Positions 1-10,133 of a DNA stretch of 64,000 bases are shown here, one piece after another. Every line of letters starts with the position of its first letter. The first letter of the stretch is position 1. The stretch is from contig JAIORV010000162.1 in the NCBI GenBank assembly GCA_021107945.1, positions 7,999-71,998 of the forward strand, given 5' to 3'. The position numbers and the translations under genes are program-made. This stretch comes from Vulcanimicrobiota bacterium (lineage in GTDB: Bacteria > Vulcanimicrobiota > JAJTBE01). The notes beneath the pieces were generated by a model. That model was given only the letters and a program-made list of their open reading frames with translations, was not told the origin of the DNA and ran no database searches.

Positions 1-1027
1 AGAAGTTGGACATGAAGCTTTTGACCGCTGTTCTGACTCCCGTGGGTTGGTCGCTGAGGATTATGAGTTCAACATCCGAGGGGAGATCATTTTTTATCTG
101 ATCCAGTTTCGCCTGAACTTTGTTTCCCCATTCTGTAATATTGCCTCCCCTTTTCATTGATACGCCCAGGACAACGCATTTCATTCCATTAGCCCTGACC
201 AGTTCTGATCTCGGCTCCTCGTAACCATACTCAGTTTTACCTTGCAGATCCTTGAGGCGAATTACCCTGCCTTCCTTGTCCGTATATACAACGGTGTTTC
301 TTACTTGCTCGATAGATTTATACGGGCCTGATACTTCTATAAGAATCTTCTTTCCTGAAAGATGAAGGTAAGGTTGGGCAATCTGGACATTTTGCTGTTT
401 TACGGCATTAATAATATCATTGGGAGTGATTCCCGTTGCAGACAAGGATGTCAGGTCTCCGCTTATATATATTCTTTCGGGTTGTGCTCCGATAATATCC
501 GTATCCCCGACTCCGTCAACGGTTTTTATCCCGTCTTTCATCCGGTCCGCTATAGATTCCAATTCTCTGTATGTTCTGTGGTTCGAAGCTATACCAATAA
601 CGTATGCGGTTGTCTCGCCGAATCGGTCATTTACATCGGGACCAATCACGTCATTGGGAAGAGCGGCCCTTTTATCATTAACATAGTTTCTTATCTGTTG
701 GGTGGCGGTTCTTACATTGGCTATAGGGATCTTTTTTGATATTTCAACTGTAATTACCGAGACGCCGGACATGGATTGTGAGAAAATCTTGTGAATATCG
801 TCCTGTTTCGATATTGCGTTTTCAATCGGTTTTGTAATATAAAGCTCAACGTCCTCGGGAGTAGCCCCGGGCCAGTATGTAGTGATTTGAACCGCGCGAA
901 CCTCAATCTTTGGATCTTCATTCTGGGGCATTGTCAGATAAGAGTATATCCCCATTATGGCAACAAGAAGAACTACAAAGAATGTGAGAGTCCTATTTTT
1001 TATTGCAAGTCTTATAAGTCTGGACAT
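1..1027 (-). CDS. RND efflux transporter permease (AcrB/HAE1 family). N-terminal part only; the 3' end runs off the window start.
   Basis: Reverse translation from the ATG at 1027..1025 gives MSRLIRLAIKNRTLTFFVVLLVAIMGIYSYLTMPQNEDPKIEVRAVQITTYWPGATPEDVE..., the typical AcrB N-terminal TM1 plus porter domain. The frame stays open to position 1. It is absent from the ORF track because there is no stop inside the window. Confidence 0.75.
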   Translation of the reverse strand, partial: MSRLIRLAIKNRTLTFFVVLLVAIMGIYSYLTMPQNEDPKIEVRAVQITTYWPGATPEDVELYITKPIENAISKQDDIHKIFSQSMSGVSVITVEISKKIPIANVRTATQQIRNYVNDKRAALPNDVIGPDVNDRFGETTAYVIGIASNHRTYRELESIADRMKDGIKTVDGVGDTDIIGAQPERIYISGDLTSLSATGITPNDIINAVKQQNVQIAQPYLHLSGKKILIEVSGPYKSIEQVRNTVVYTDKEGRVIRLKDLQGKTEYGYEEPRSELVRANGMKCVVLGVSMKRGGNITEWGNKVQAKLDQIKNDLPSDVELIILSDQPTGVRTAVKSFMSNF

Positions 1028-1043
1028 TAGCTTTTTCTATTTT

Positions 1044-2195
1044 CTATTGTGAGGCGAAACAGATCTTATTCCTTCCTTTTCGCTTGGCTTCATACATAGA
1101 GGTGTCTGCTTTGTCAACAAGCTCTTTCTTGGTCGCGGCATCATCAGGGAAGCTTGCCACTCCACCGGAAATGGTTATGTGAACAATGTTGCTTCCCAGG
1201 ACATATTCATATTCCTCAACCGCCTGCCTTATTCGTTCGGCAACCAGAACCGCCTGAATTCTGTCGGTTCCGATCATGATGATTGTGAATTCATCTCCTC
1301 CATATCTGCATATCACATCACCGGGTCTCGTATGGAGTCTGATGACGCCGCCCAATTGCTTCAGGAGGGCGTCACCCTGGGGGTGTCCATAATTATCATT
1401 AACTTTCTTGAAGAAATCTACATCCAGAATCATAAGGGATACGGGGTGGGGTGGATCCGCATATTTTGCCTCGTTAATCTTCTTGGAAAGATGCTCCTGG
1501 AAATAACCGTGAGTGAACATCCCCGATAGAGAGTCCGTGATGGCAAGTTGGGCGGTCTCTTTCTGGAGTTGGACATTCCTGATTGCCAGCGCCGCCTGGT
1601 TTGCCAGAAGAAGGAAAAGTCCGAATTGCTCCTGACTGAAAAATCCGGGAGCATTATCGGCCATAACAAGGGTTCCCAGAGATTTATCCTCAAAAATCAG
1701 CGGGGCCAACGCCATTGCTCTTAGACCCTTTGCATGCTGAATAAGTTCGTCTTTTCCCTCGTTGAAAAAGTCATTATATAATTTACCCTTTTTATCCTGG
1801 GACACGTTGCTTATTACAGATTTCGTGACATCCGGGTTGAAATCCTGAAATGCTTCCTCGTGCGGAGTTATATAGGCTTTCTTGCGCATGACAATTTCCT
1901 CGGGCTTTTCATCATCCTTCAGATATATAACTACAGTGCCGCAGTTAAAGAGGTTCTTTACCATCTGTACAACTATTTTAAGTACGCTTTCCAGACTTTC
2001 TGTTGTCCCCAATTCCTGGCTTGCTTGAATAATCGAGATAAGCGCGCCTGTTCTCTTTTCTGCTTTTCCTTTTAACATGAAAAACACAATGAAAAGAATG
2101 AAGAAGATCAGGGCAAGCGCGCCTGCCACAATCATTCCCACTGGAAGCTGAGTTGTCTGTGCCTGTAGGATCGGAAGAATCGTGGGATCAAACAT
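1044..2195 (-). CDS. Membrane-anchored GAF-GGDEF diguanylate cyclase
   Basis: N-terminal TM helix (LPVGMIVAGALALIFFILFIVFFML). The middle region is GAF-like. The C-terminus carries an intact RYGGDEFTIIM active-site motif and the upstream LMILDVDFFKKVND metal site. Confidence 0.85.
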   Translation of the reverse strand: MFDPTILPILQAQTTQLPVGMIVAGALALIFFILFIVFFMLKGKAEKRTGALISIIQASQELGTTESLESVLKIVVQMVKNLFNCGTVVIYLKDDEKPEEIVMRKKAYITPHEEAFQDFNPDVTKSVISNVSQDKKGKLYNDFFNEGKDELIQHAKGLRAMALAPLIFEDKSLGTLVMADNAPGFFSQEQFGLFLLLANQAALAIRNVQLQKETAQLAITDSLSGMFTHGYFQEHLSKKINEAKYADPPHPVSLMILDVDFFKKVNDNYGHPQGDALLKQLGGVIRLHTRPGDVICRYGGDEFTIIMIGTDRIQAVLVAERIRQAVEEYEYVLGSNIVHITISGGVASFPDDAATKKELVDKADTSMYEAKRKGRNKICFASQ

Positions 2196-2426
2196 ATTAT
2201 CCTCCTGTCTTTTTCTTCTTGGACAACGATTCCATCATTATTTAAGCTTCATCTGCCAAATGAAAGTTTTTTCATTCTTAAATTACCGGCTTAAATTACC
2301 GGACGTTTAAATCCAATATTTGCTCTCTCTAAAAGTAAAAATTCCTTAATAGTATTTTGTGAAAACAGAGCATATCCTGCCGGATTGACTGAACAAGAGA
2401 AAATATTTTATTATAATAAAATAACC

Positions 2427-5054
2427 CTATTTCAATTTTTTCTTCCATTCGTATATTTTATCCAGCGCCTCGCGTGGTGACATATCGTCCGGATCTATGG
2501 TATTCAACTCACCGGCCAGCGGATCTTGCATCATATCAAAAAATGTCAATTGATACGAAGGCTTTTTCTTTTCCTTGATAAGACCGGACCTGAAAGCGGC
2601 AAGATCCTCCTCGAATTCGTCAAGTATCTCCTTTGCCCTTCTCAGGACATCGCCGGGAAGACCTGCAAGTTTTGCAACATATATGCCGTAACTCTTGTCG
2701 GTGCCACCCGGTACTATGTGATGTAAAAAAATGATCTCCCTGTTCGTTTCTTTCACATCGACCCTGAAATTTGCCATTCCCTCCAAATTTCCGGCAAGCT
2801 CCGTCAATTCATGGAAATGTGTCGCAAAAAGCGTCCTTGCCTTTATATGTTTGTGAATATATTCAGATACCGACCATGCAATGCTCATGCCGTCATAAGT
2901 GCTCGTTCCCCTGCCTATCTCATCCAACAGAATCAAGCTTGTGCAGGATGCATTGTTTATTATGTTTGCAGTCTCGCTCATCTCAACAAGAAAAGTGGAT
3001 TTGCCCAGGTGAAGGTTGTCAGATGCACCCACTCTTGTGAAAACCCTGTCAATAATACCGATTTTTGCACTGTCCGCCGGCACAAAGGAACCCATTTGCG
3101 CCATTATTGCAATTAGTCCAATCTGGCGCAGGTATGTTGACTTTCCCGACATGTTGGGACCGGTAATGATGTGGAACCTTGATTTGCGATAATCCAGACC
3201 GCAGTCATTCGGCACAAAGCTTCCATCGAGCATCTTTTCCACAACGGCATGTCTTCCACCCACGATTTCAAGAATATTCTCCTTTACAACATCAGGCCTG
3301 CAATAATTCCCCTCACGCGCCACCATGGCAAGACTTCCCAGGCAGTCAAGATGTGCCACTATCCTGGATGCGACCTGTATGCGTCCGGCCTGTTGCAATA
3401 TATTATCCCTGATTTTCAGGAAGATATTGTATTCAAGATCGTTTATCTTCTCCTCCGCCCCCAGTACCTTTGATTCATATTCCTTCAACTCCGGGCTTAT
3501 AAAACGCTCTCCATTTGATACTGTCTGTTTCCGGATATAACCGTCAGGCACAAGGTGGAGATTGGGTCTTGTAACTTCGATGAAATAGCCGAATACATTG
3601 TTGAACTTGACTTTTAGAGATTTTATGCCGGTTTTTTCCTTCTCTCTCTTCTCAAGCCCGGCAATCCAACTTTTTGCATTGCTTCGAATTCCCCTCAATT
3701 CGTCCAACTCGGAATTGTACCCGGCTTTAATTATATTTCCCTCTTTTAACGAGGCAGGCGGATCCTCAGATATGGACAACTCCACAAGGTCATGAATATC
3801 ATCAAGTGTGTCCAGGGAATCAATCAACATTTTCATTAGTGAAGATTTTACTTCCCTGCCATAACTTTTCAAAGTGGGAAGGTGGGAGAGAGAATTTCTC
3901 AAGGCGAGAAGATCGCGTGCGTTGGCGCTTGCATAAACTACTCTGGATGTGATTCTCTCCAGGTCATATATGAGTTTGAGGGCGTCAGTGATACCTGTAT
4001 GAAGCGTATAATCGTTGATAAGCTCTTCCACGGCATCAAGCCTGGCGTTGATTTTCGCCCGGTTGAGAAGAGGCCTTTCGAGCCATGAGCGAATCAGTCT
4101 GGCCCCCATAGCTGTTTTTGTATTATCAAGAACCCACAGGAGCGAACCTTTTTTCTTAAGCTCTATCAATGTGCGGGATAACTCCAGGTTTCGCCAGGTT
4201 GTGGAATCAAGAATCATAAATTCCGATACGTCATAGTATTCAATCTTGTGAAGCGAATGATGTTCCGTCTTCTGTGTGTCATTCAGGTAATTGATAAGTG
4301 CGGCGGCCGCCATTCCCGGTTCGGGGTGTTTTTCCCAATTAATTTCAAATTTATCAGTTTTAAAGGCGGATTTAAGAATCTCCCTGAATATCATCCCCTG
4401 TAAAGGCTCTTTGTTTGTATTCCAGGGCGTATTTGACTCGTTTAAATGCATCTTCAACTGATCAAGCCTGTGCAAGTTCTCATCAAGAATAACCTCGGAA
4501 GGCTTGACCCGGATTATTTCGTCAACAAGGCGGGAGTATTCCGATAAGGGGATTTTCGTTACCCTGAATTCCCCGGTTGATACATCCGTAATTGCAAGAC
4601 CGTAGTTGTTATCAGACGATACCAGCGACATCAGGTAATTATTCTCATCGGACTCCAATAGCTTGGGATCTGTCACAGTCCCTGATGTGATAACCCTTGT
4701 GACATCCCTGTGAACCAGTCCTTTTGCCTTTTTTGGATCCTCGAGCTGTTCACATACGGCCACCCTGACCCTATGTTTTATAAGTCCCCTGATGTAACCG
4801 CCGGCGCTGTGATGAGGCACGCCCGCCATCGCTATTCTCTCGCCGCCTCCTGCATCGCGTGAAGTCAGGGATATTTTGAGTAACTTCGCTCCCTTCTCGG
4901 CATCATCGCCATACATCTCGTAAAAATCACCACACCTGAAAAAAAGAATGCAATCAGGATGTTTGTCCTTGATTTTAAAGAACTGACGAAACATGGGAGT
5001 CGGCTTTTGGGGGCGACTTACTGTTTTGGGTTTTTCCTTTTGATTGCTCATCAT
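2427..5054 (-). CDS. mutS: DNA mismatch repair protein MutS
   Basis: 875 aa. N-terminal mismatch-binding start TPMFRQFF, Walker A GPNMSGKSTYLRQ, Walker B LILLDEIGRGTSTYDG, and a helix-turn-helix C-terminus. Confidence 0.95.
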   Translation of the reverse strand: MMSNQKEKPKTVSRPQKPTPMFRQFFKIKDKHPDCILFFRCGDFYEMYGDDAEKGAKLLKISLTSRDAGGGERIAMAGVPHHSAGGYIRGLIKHRVRVAVCEQLEDPKKAKGLVHRDVTRVITSGTVTDPKLLESDENNYLMSLVSSDNNYGLAITDVSTGEFRVTKIPLSEYSRLVDEIIRVKPSEVILDENLHRLDQLKMHLNESNTPWNTNKEPLQGMIFREILKSAFKTDKFEINWEKHPEPGMAAAALINYLNDTQKTEHHSLHKIEYYDVSEFMILDSTTWRNLELSRTLIELKKKGSLLWVLDNTKTAMGARLIRSWLERPLLNRAKINARLDAVEELINDYTLHTGITDALKLIYDLERITSRVVYASANARDLLALRNSLSHLPTLKSYGREVKSSLMKMLIDSLDTLDDIHDLVELSISEDPPASLKEGNIIKAGYNSELDELRGIRSNAKSWIAGLEKREKEKTGIKSLKVKFNNVFGYFIEVTRPNLHLVPDGYIRKQTVSNGERFISPELKEYESKVLGAEEKINDLEYNIFLKIRDNILQQAGRIQVASRIVAHLDCLGSLAMVAREGNYCRPDVVKENILEIVGGRHAVVEKMLDGSFVPNDCGLDYRKSRFHIITGPNMSGKSTYLRQIGLIAIMAQMGSFVPADSAKIGIIDRVFTRVGASDNLHLGKSTFLVEMSETANIINNASCTSLILLDEIGRGTSTYDGMSIAWSVSEYIHKHIKARTLFATHFHELTELAGNLEGMANFRVDVKETNREIIFLHHIVPGGTDKSYGIYVAKLAGLPGDVLRRAKEILDEFEEDLAAFRSGLIKEKKKPSYQLTFFDMMQDPLAGELNTIDPDDMSPREALDKIYEWKKKLK

Positions 5055-5133
5055 AATTAAATGTTATATCTATTCAGAACTGCCACTGTAAGAAAGGCTT
5101 CCAACCTCTATTGTCGCGGCTCCTCGATTTTTT

Positions 5134-5568
5134 TTAAATGTCAAGGAGTTCTTTGATCCTCTCCGTCAGATCTTTCGGGTTGAAAGGCTTCGTAATGTAA
5201 TCATCCACACCCATGAGCCTGGCAAATTTTATATCTTCATATTCCACTTTCCCGGTTATAATAATTACCGGGATGTCACTGGTGCTTTCTTTCTCTTTAA
5301 GAGTAAGAAAAAACTCCAGCCCGTTGATTTCGGGCATCAAGATATCTGCAATCACAAGGTCGGGTTTTTCTCTGCTGATCATCTCAAGGGCTTCTTTTCC
5401 GTCTCCGGCGGTCATTACATCGAAATCATCCATTTCAAGGTTTAAACGAATAATCTTTCTGATGTGATATTCATCATCAATAACAAGAATTTTCTTTTTC
5501 AGGACTGCATCATTGCCTGTTTTTCGGGAATTTCCGGTCCCAAGTCCCGGTTTCAAATTGTCTTCCAT
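5134..5568 (-). CDS. Single-domain response regulator receiver (CheY-like)
   Basis: KKILVIDDEYHIRKII ... DLVIADILMPEINGLEF ... TGK. 144 aa with no output domain. Confidence 0.85.
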   Translation of the reverse strand: MEDNLKPGLGTGNSRKTGNDAVLKKKILVIDDEYHIRKIIRLNLEMDDFDVMTAGDGKEALEMISREKPDLVIADILMPEINGLEFFLTLKEKESTSDIPVIIITGKVEYEDIKFARLMGVDDYITKPFNPKDLTERIKELLDI

Positions 5569-5689
5569 TCAAACATTTCTCCTGAATATATTTACCAAAA
5601 AGCATACCGTATTTTTCTTCCTGAATTATTTATTACCTTCAATCAGTTTTACAACAATTTTACAAAACGGTTTTTTATGTATAATTATT

Positions 5690-6775
5690 ATGATGAATAA
5701 AGTTAATGATAATAAATGCGATAAATCATCGGAGAAGACCGGGAAGAAAAAAGAATTAAAACAAAAGGCGATAAAGATATTGCTCATATTATCAATCGCT
5801 TATTTTATTTTTCTTCTTTTTGTTCTTCTTATCGAATATGTGGTCGGCGAAACACATTGGGTGTTTATCTTGATTATATATTCACCCCAGGCTCTTTATG
5901 TTATTTTGCCCCTTATTTTTATATGCGTATCCTGCTTTTTTCGCAGCAAGGTAAATCTTCTTATTAATGTTTTCTCATTCTTGATAGTTATCTTTTTTTT
6001 GATGGGATTGAACATTCATATTAATCCTGATAATTCAAAAGACGGCAAGGTAAATAATCAATTAAAAGTCCTCACATACAACATACATTCCGGTACATAC
6101 GGCGCAAAAAAAGTGGCGGCATTTTTGAAGAAATCGGAAGCGGACCTGATTTTCCTCCAGGAAGCTCATCAGACCGCGAAAAAGACCAGGCCGGATCCGA
6201 TACCGGATATCCTGAATACTTTTCCTGGATGGTACCATATCAGGGGTGGAGAGAGAAAAGAGCTTATGATAATTTCCCGGTATCCCCTTGTGGATTTTGA
6301 GGAGAGAAAACTGGGGACATTCAGGAAATGCCTTATGGGATATATGATATGGAAAAACAAGAAAATCAGGGTCATTAATGTGCATTTTAATATCGCTCAT
6401 CCAGGCAAGAGCCTGATTCGAAGCGGCACGAATTTCAGGGAGTATCTCTATTATTCATCTATTGTCAGAATAAAGCAAGCTGAAGCACTGCGCGAAATAA
6501 TTAAAGATGAAAAAAATCCCATTCTACTCGTGGGTGATTTTAACGCGATTCCCAATACAAAAACACACAGGATTATAAACAGGAAGTTGACCGATTGCTT
6601 CGAAAAAGCCGGGAATGGAATTGGATATACATATAATTCAAGATTACCCATGTGGAGAATTGATTTTATTTTCGTGAGTGATGATTTCAGGGCGTTGAAT
6701 TGTAATAAGCTCCCGGTTCGCATATCGGATCATTTCCCGCTTGAGGCCTTGCTTGAGTTAGCAGGGAAGAAGTAG
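5690..6775 (+). CDS. Endonuclease/exonuclease/phosphatase (EEP) family protein with N-terminal multi-TM region
   Basis: EEP motifs LKVLTYNIHSG, LIFLQEAH, LLVGDFNA and SDHFPL. Several hydrophobic helices precede the domain. The track ORF begins at 5513 and overlaps the response regulator gene. An ATG pair at 5690 (MMNKVNDNK) is the more likely start. Confidence 0.7.
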   Translation: MMNKVNDNKCDKSSEKTGKKKELKQKAIKILLILSIAYFIFLLFVLLIEYVVGETHWVFILIIYSPQALYVILPLIFICVSCFFRSKVNLLINVFSFLIVIFFLMGLNIHINPDNSKDGKVNNQLKVLTYNIHSGTYGAKKVAAFLKKSEADLIFLQEAHQTAKKTRPDPIPDILNTFPGWYHIRGGERKELMIISRYPLVDFEERKLGTFRKCLMGYMIWKNKKIRVINVHFNIAHPGKSLIRSGTNFREYLYYSSIVRIKQAEALREIIKDEKNPILLVGDFNAIPNTKTHRIINRKLTDCFEKAGNGIGYTYNSRLPMWRIDFIFVSDDFRALNCNKLPVRISDHFPLEALLELAGKK

Positions 6776-6833
6776 GCGCATAAAGAAAATATCTTACCGG
6801 ACAAGACCGGAAGAGGCAGGCAAGGAAATTCAT

Positions 6834-8330
6834 ATGTCCTCTAAAGTAAATAAAACAATAATTATCACAATAATCCTGGCATTAACAGCACTTGCTTTTG
6901 CTGTCTTTTTTATTGTTAAGTCCCGGAAAAATGTGAATGGGGATTTACCTCCTGAAAATAAGGTCTCAATAATTGCCGACCTGGAATCTTCCGACATACA
7001 AAAAAAGTGTGTCGCCACTGTAAATGTCGGCCGGGAGAAGGAGCAAAAAGCTTTGCCCTGTCTTATAAAGAATATAAATGATGAAAACTCAAATGTCGCA
7101 ATACTATCTGTATGGGCAACAGGGAAAATTCGGGACAGGAGAGCCGTCGATCCATTAATAGAACTTCTGGAAAACCAACTGGACGATAATGCGGATATTA
7201 TTCCGTTCATAGCCTGGGCATTGGGCGAGATCGGAGATGTAAGAGCATTTGAATCCCTCATGGATCTCATTGAGGATAGTCCCGACCCCGGCCACAGGGA
7301 GACTGCATTGAAAGCGCTTGTTAATATCGGCGGATCAGATTTAACGGAAGTTTTGATTAAACTTCTCAAGGACAGGGATGAAAATGTCCGGGCGGCCTCT
7401 GCACAGGCGTTTTGCTTGAAACCGGATAAGCTAGCTGTGGATCCGTTAATTAATACTCTGTCAGATACTCACAGAATGGTAAGAATAAATGCTATAATGG
7501 CATTAAGCGGGATTGGATCTACCCGGGCTTTAAAGTACCTCAAGAAAATTGCCAGGAACTCAACGGATTCCGATGAAAGGGAAAAAGCAAGGACAGCCGT
7601 CAGGAATATTGAAATTTATGGGAGAAGATCAATGTATCGTCCCCCGGTGAATGAGTCGGAATATGCTTTCATAGAGTCGCTTGATATAAAAAAACTGGAG
7701 GATTATAATATAGAGGATTGCATGGAATTTGGCGAGATGCCAATGTATGTTGTCCGTGAAAAGGATATAGATAAATTACTGGAACAACTGGAAAGCGAGG
7801 ATTCCGATGTTCAAGGCAGAGCCGCCTGGATGTTGGGAAATGCAAAAAAAAAGGATCGCAGGATTGTGCCTGCCCTGATAAAGTCACTCAAAGACAAAAG
7901 CTCTTTTGTAAGACATAGCGCGGCGACATCGCTGGGAAAATTGAACGATAGAAGCGCTGTCCCACATCTCATCGAGGCTCTCGATGACGATGTTACCTCG
8001 GTGAGGGATGATTCAACCACGGCGCTGGGAAATCTTGGAGGCAAAGAAGTGGTCAAGCCGGTCATAAAGATGCTTGATGATGATTTTGTTTCAATCAGGA
8101 TATCGGCGGTTGTGGCCTTAAAAAGATTGAATACTCCCCGGAGTAATAAGGCAATAATAAGAATGCTTGAGGACCCCGAGCCGTCAGTGAGAAGAACTGC
8201 CGCCAGATCTCTGGGTGAGATTGGAGAGACATCCAATATCGCCGTTCTGGAAAAACTACTGACAGATCACGACAAAAAGGTTCGAATAGTCGCTGAAAAT
8301 GCCATAAAGAAGTTGAAAGAGAAAAAATGA
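6834..8330 (+). CDS. HEAT/PBS-lyase repeat protein with N-terminal TM helix
   Basis: Many repeats of the form xxVRxxAxxALGxIGDxRAVxPLIxLLxD, as in PBS-lyase HEAT-like repeats. An N-terminal hydrophobic helix is present. Confidence 0.75.
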   Translation: MSSKVNKTIIITIILALTALAFAVFFIVKSRKNVNGDLPPENKVSIIADLESSDIQKKCVATVNVGREKEQKALPCLIKNINDENSNVAILSVWATGKIRDRRAVDPLIELLENQLDDNADIIPFIAWALGEIGDVRAFESLMDLIEDSPDPGHRETALKALVNIGGSDLTEVLIKLLKDRDENVRAASAQAFCLKPDKLAVDPLINTLSDTHRMVRINAIMALSGIGSTRALKYLKKIARNSTDSDEREKARTAVRNIEIYGRRSMYRPPVNESEYAFIESLDIKKLEDYNIEDCMEFGEMPMYVVREKDIDKLLEQLESEDSDVQGRAAWMLGNAKKKDRRIVPALIKSLKDKSSFVRHSAATSLGKLNDRSAVPHLIEALDDDVTSVRDDSTTALGNLGGKEVVKPVIKMLDDDFVSIRISAVVALKRLNTPRSNKAIIRMLEDPEPSVRRTAARSLGEIGETSNIAVLEKLLTDHDKKVRIVAENAIKKLKEKK

Positions 8331-8362
8331 TCTGATATATTAGATCCGAGGGAGGATAATAT

Positions 8363-9916
8363 ATGAAAAAAAATTACATAATACTTATCTTCTTTATCAT
8401 ATCACTGCTGTTATTTTCAAATTGCACGAATAAACTGAAAAAACCAGATTACTCGTCACAACCGACACTCTCAAAAGATCTGCTGAAGTTATCTCCTGAT
8501 GAAGTAAGAGAACTTGATAAAATAAAGAAAGAAGTAAGAGAACTTATGGAGCGGGATCGATATAAAACCGCTCTTAATATCTTGAATAAAGCTATAAAAA
8601 AGTTCCCCAGGCAACCGGATTTATATCTCATGCGGGCAAAATGTCTCATCGAAACGGTGGAATCAATTGCCGACAATCATAACAAAATAGAGGATAATTA
8701 CAATAAGGCTGTCAAATTGGGCGGCGGTGAAAAAGCCTACATTGCCAGGGCGGATTTCTTCTATATGTCCAGGCAATATAACAGAGCTATAATCGACTGC
8801 AAGAAAGCCATGAAGATGAACCCGAAAAATCCTGAGCCTTACATTATTCTTGCAACGATATATAAGGATGAAGATAACTCTGCAAGAGTTTTAGAAAACC
8901 TTACAAAAGCAATTAAGATAGCACCCGACGAAGCGTTGGGATATAGCCTGAGAGGCGCATGGTATTATAAACTACCGGGACATTTCAAGGAGTCGAGAAA
9001 AGACCTGGAGAAGGCGTTATCAAAGGATGACACCGATTTTTTTGCGCTATATTACCTGGGCAGTCTTTACAACAAGCAAATAGATTATAAAAATGCTCTG
9101 AAGATTTACAAGAAGGCATTGAAGCTTTCCGGGAATAATCAATGGAAAAAATTGAATAAGAAACATGACCTTTACTCCTTGAGAGGGTGGGGCATTCCTG
9201 CGGATATAAATATTGTTATGGCTGATGTATATGACCAGATGAATGATGTAAAAAGCGCATTGGAAGTAATTGAGAAGATGAAAGGCGTAAAAGGGATGAC
9301 CGGCCTTCTGATGCACCCCGAGAAAGGCTACCTCCTGCAAAAACTGGGACGAAACAAGGACGCCCTGAAGGAATACAAGCAATTCTTCGCCAAAAAGCCC
9401 GGCAAGAGCATGAGAATGGATAACGCAGGAAAGCGATTCTATTACGAGATGGAAGGTCGCTCTTATGAGGCACTGGGGCAGTATAAGGATGCACTCGATT
9501 CATATATTCGTTTGCAGGAAATTCACCCCGATGAAGATTTTAATTCGATGTACTTGCAGGGGAAAGTGTTGTACAAGATGAGTAAAGAAGAGCAAGCGCG
9601 GGCGTTTTACAGGAAAATTGATAATATTGGGGAGAACAGGTTTGGAGCAGCCTATAAAAAGGATCCTTTTATACGATCATTAAGGGGAGTCATTGGCACT
9701 GTGCTGGGAAAATATGATAAGGCACTTCCCCTTTTGAATGAAACCCTTAAAAGCCAGCCCCATAATGCGGAATTGCTTTATTTCCGGGCGGTATGCAACT
9801 TTAACCTGGGCAATAAAGAGCAAGCGAAAAAAGACCTTGATAAAGTGATACAAAAGGAGACGGAAAAGCCTTCCTTGAAAAAAGCAAAAGCCCTGAGGGA
9901 AAAGATCGAAAAATAG
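8363..9916 (+). CDS. TPR-repeat lipoprotein
   Basis: Lipoprotein signal MKKNYIILIFFIISLLLFSNC. Repeated 34-residue TPR-like units (AxxxYxxAL..P.....Y..R). A strong RBS GAGGGAGG lies upstream. Confidence 0.75.
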   Translation: MKKNYIILIFFIISLLLFSNCTNKLKKPDYSSQPTLSKDLLKLSPDEVRELDKIKKEVRELMERDRYKTALNILNKAIKKFPRQPDLYLMRAKCLIETVESIADNHNKIEDNYNKAVKLGGGEKAYIARADFFYMSRQYNRAIIDCKKAMKMNPKNPEPYIILATIYKDEDNSARVLENLTKAIKIAPDEALGYSLRGAWYYKLPGHFKESRKDLEKALSKDDTDFFALYYLGSLYNKQIDYKNALKIYKKALKLSGNNQWKKLNKKHDLYSLRGWGIPADINIVMADVYDQMNDVKSALEVIEKMKGVKGMTGLLMHPEKGYLLQKLGRNKDALKEYKQFFAKKPGKSMRMDNAGKRFYYEMEGRSYEALGQYKDALDSYIRLQEIHPDEDFNSMYLQGKVLYKMSKEEQARAFYRKIDNIGENRFGAAYKKDPFIRSLRGVIGTVLGKYDKALPLLNETLKSQPHNAELLYFRAVCNFNLGNKEQAKKDLDKVIQKETEKPSLKKAKALREKIEK

Positions 9917-10133
9917 CTGCTATTTCCAATTTTAACAAACAATGAAAAAACCACTTGTTCGATAGTTTGTTTAATATGGGAATAAGAAAAACAGGAATCA
10001 TTACATGATATTACTCCCCCGGATTTATCCGGGGGATATAAGGAATCCCACTCCCCGTGTATCTCACAAAAACTTTTAGACGCTTCAGCGTCTTCCCGAT
10101 AAGGAATTCCTAACTATAGAGAAAAGAGAAAAT

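Noticed and set aside
362-1030. Plus-strand ORFs 362-739, 420-686 and 791-1030
   Set aside because: The region is covered by a well-supported minus-strand RND transporter N-terminus. The plus-strand ORFs have odd composition.
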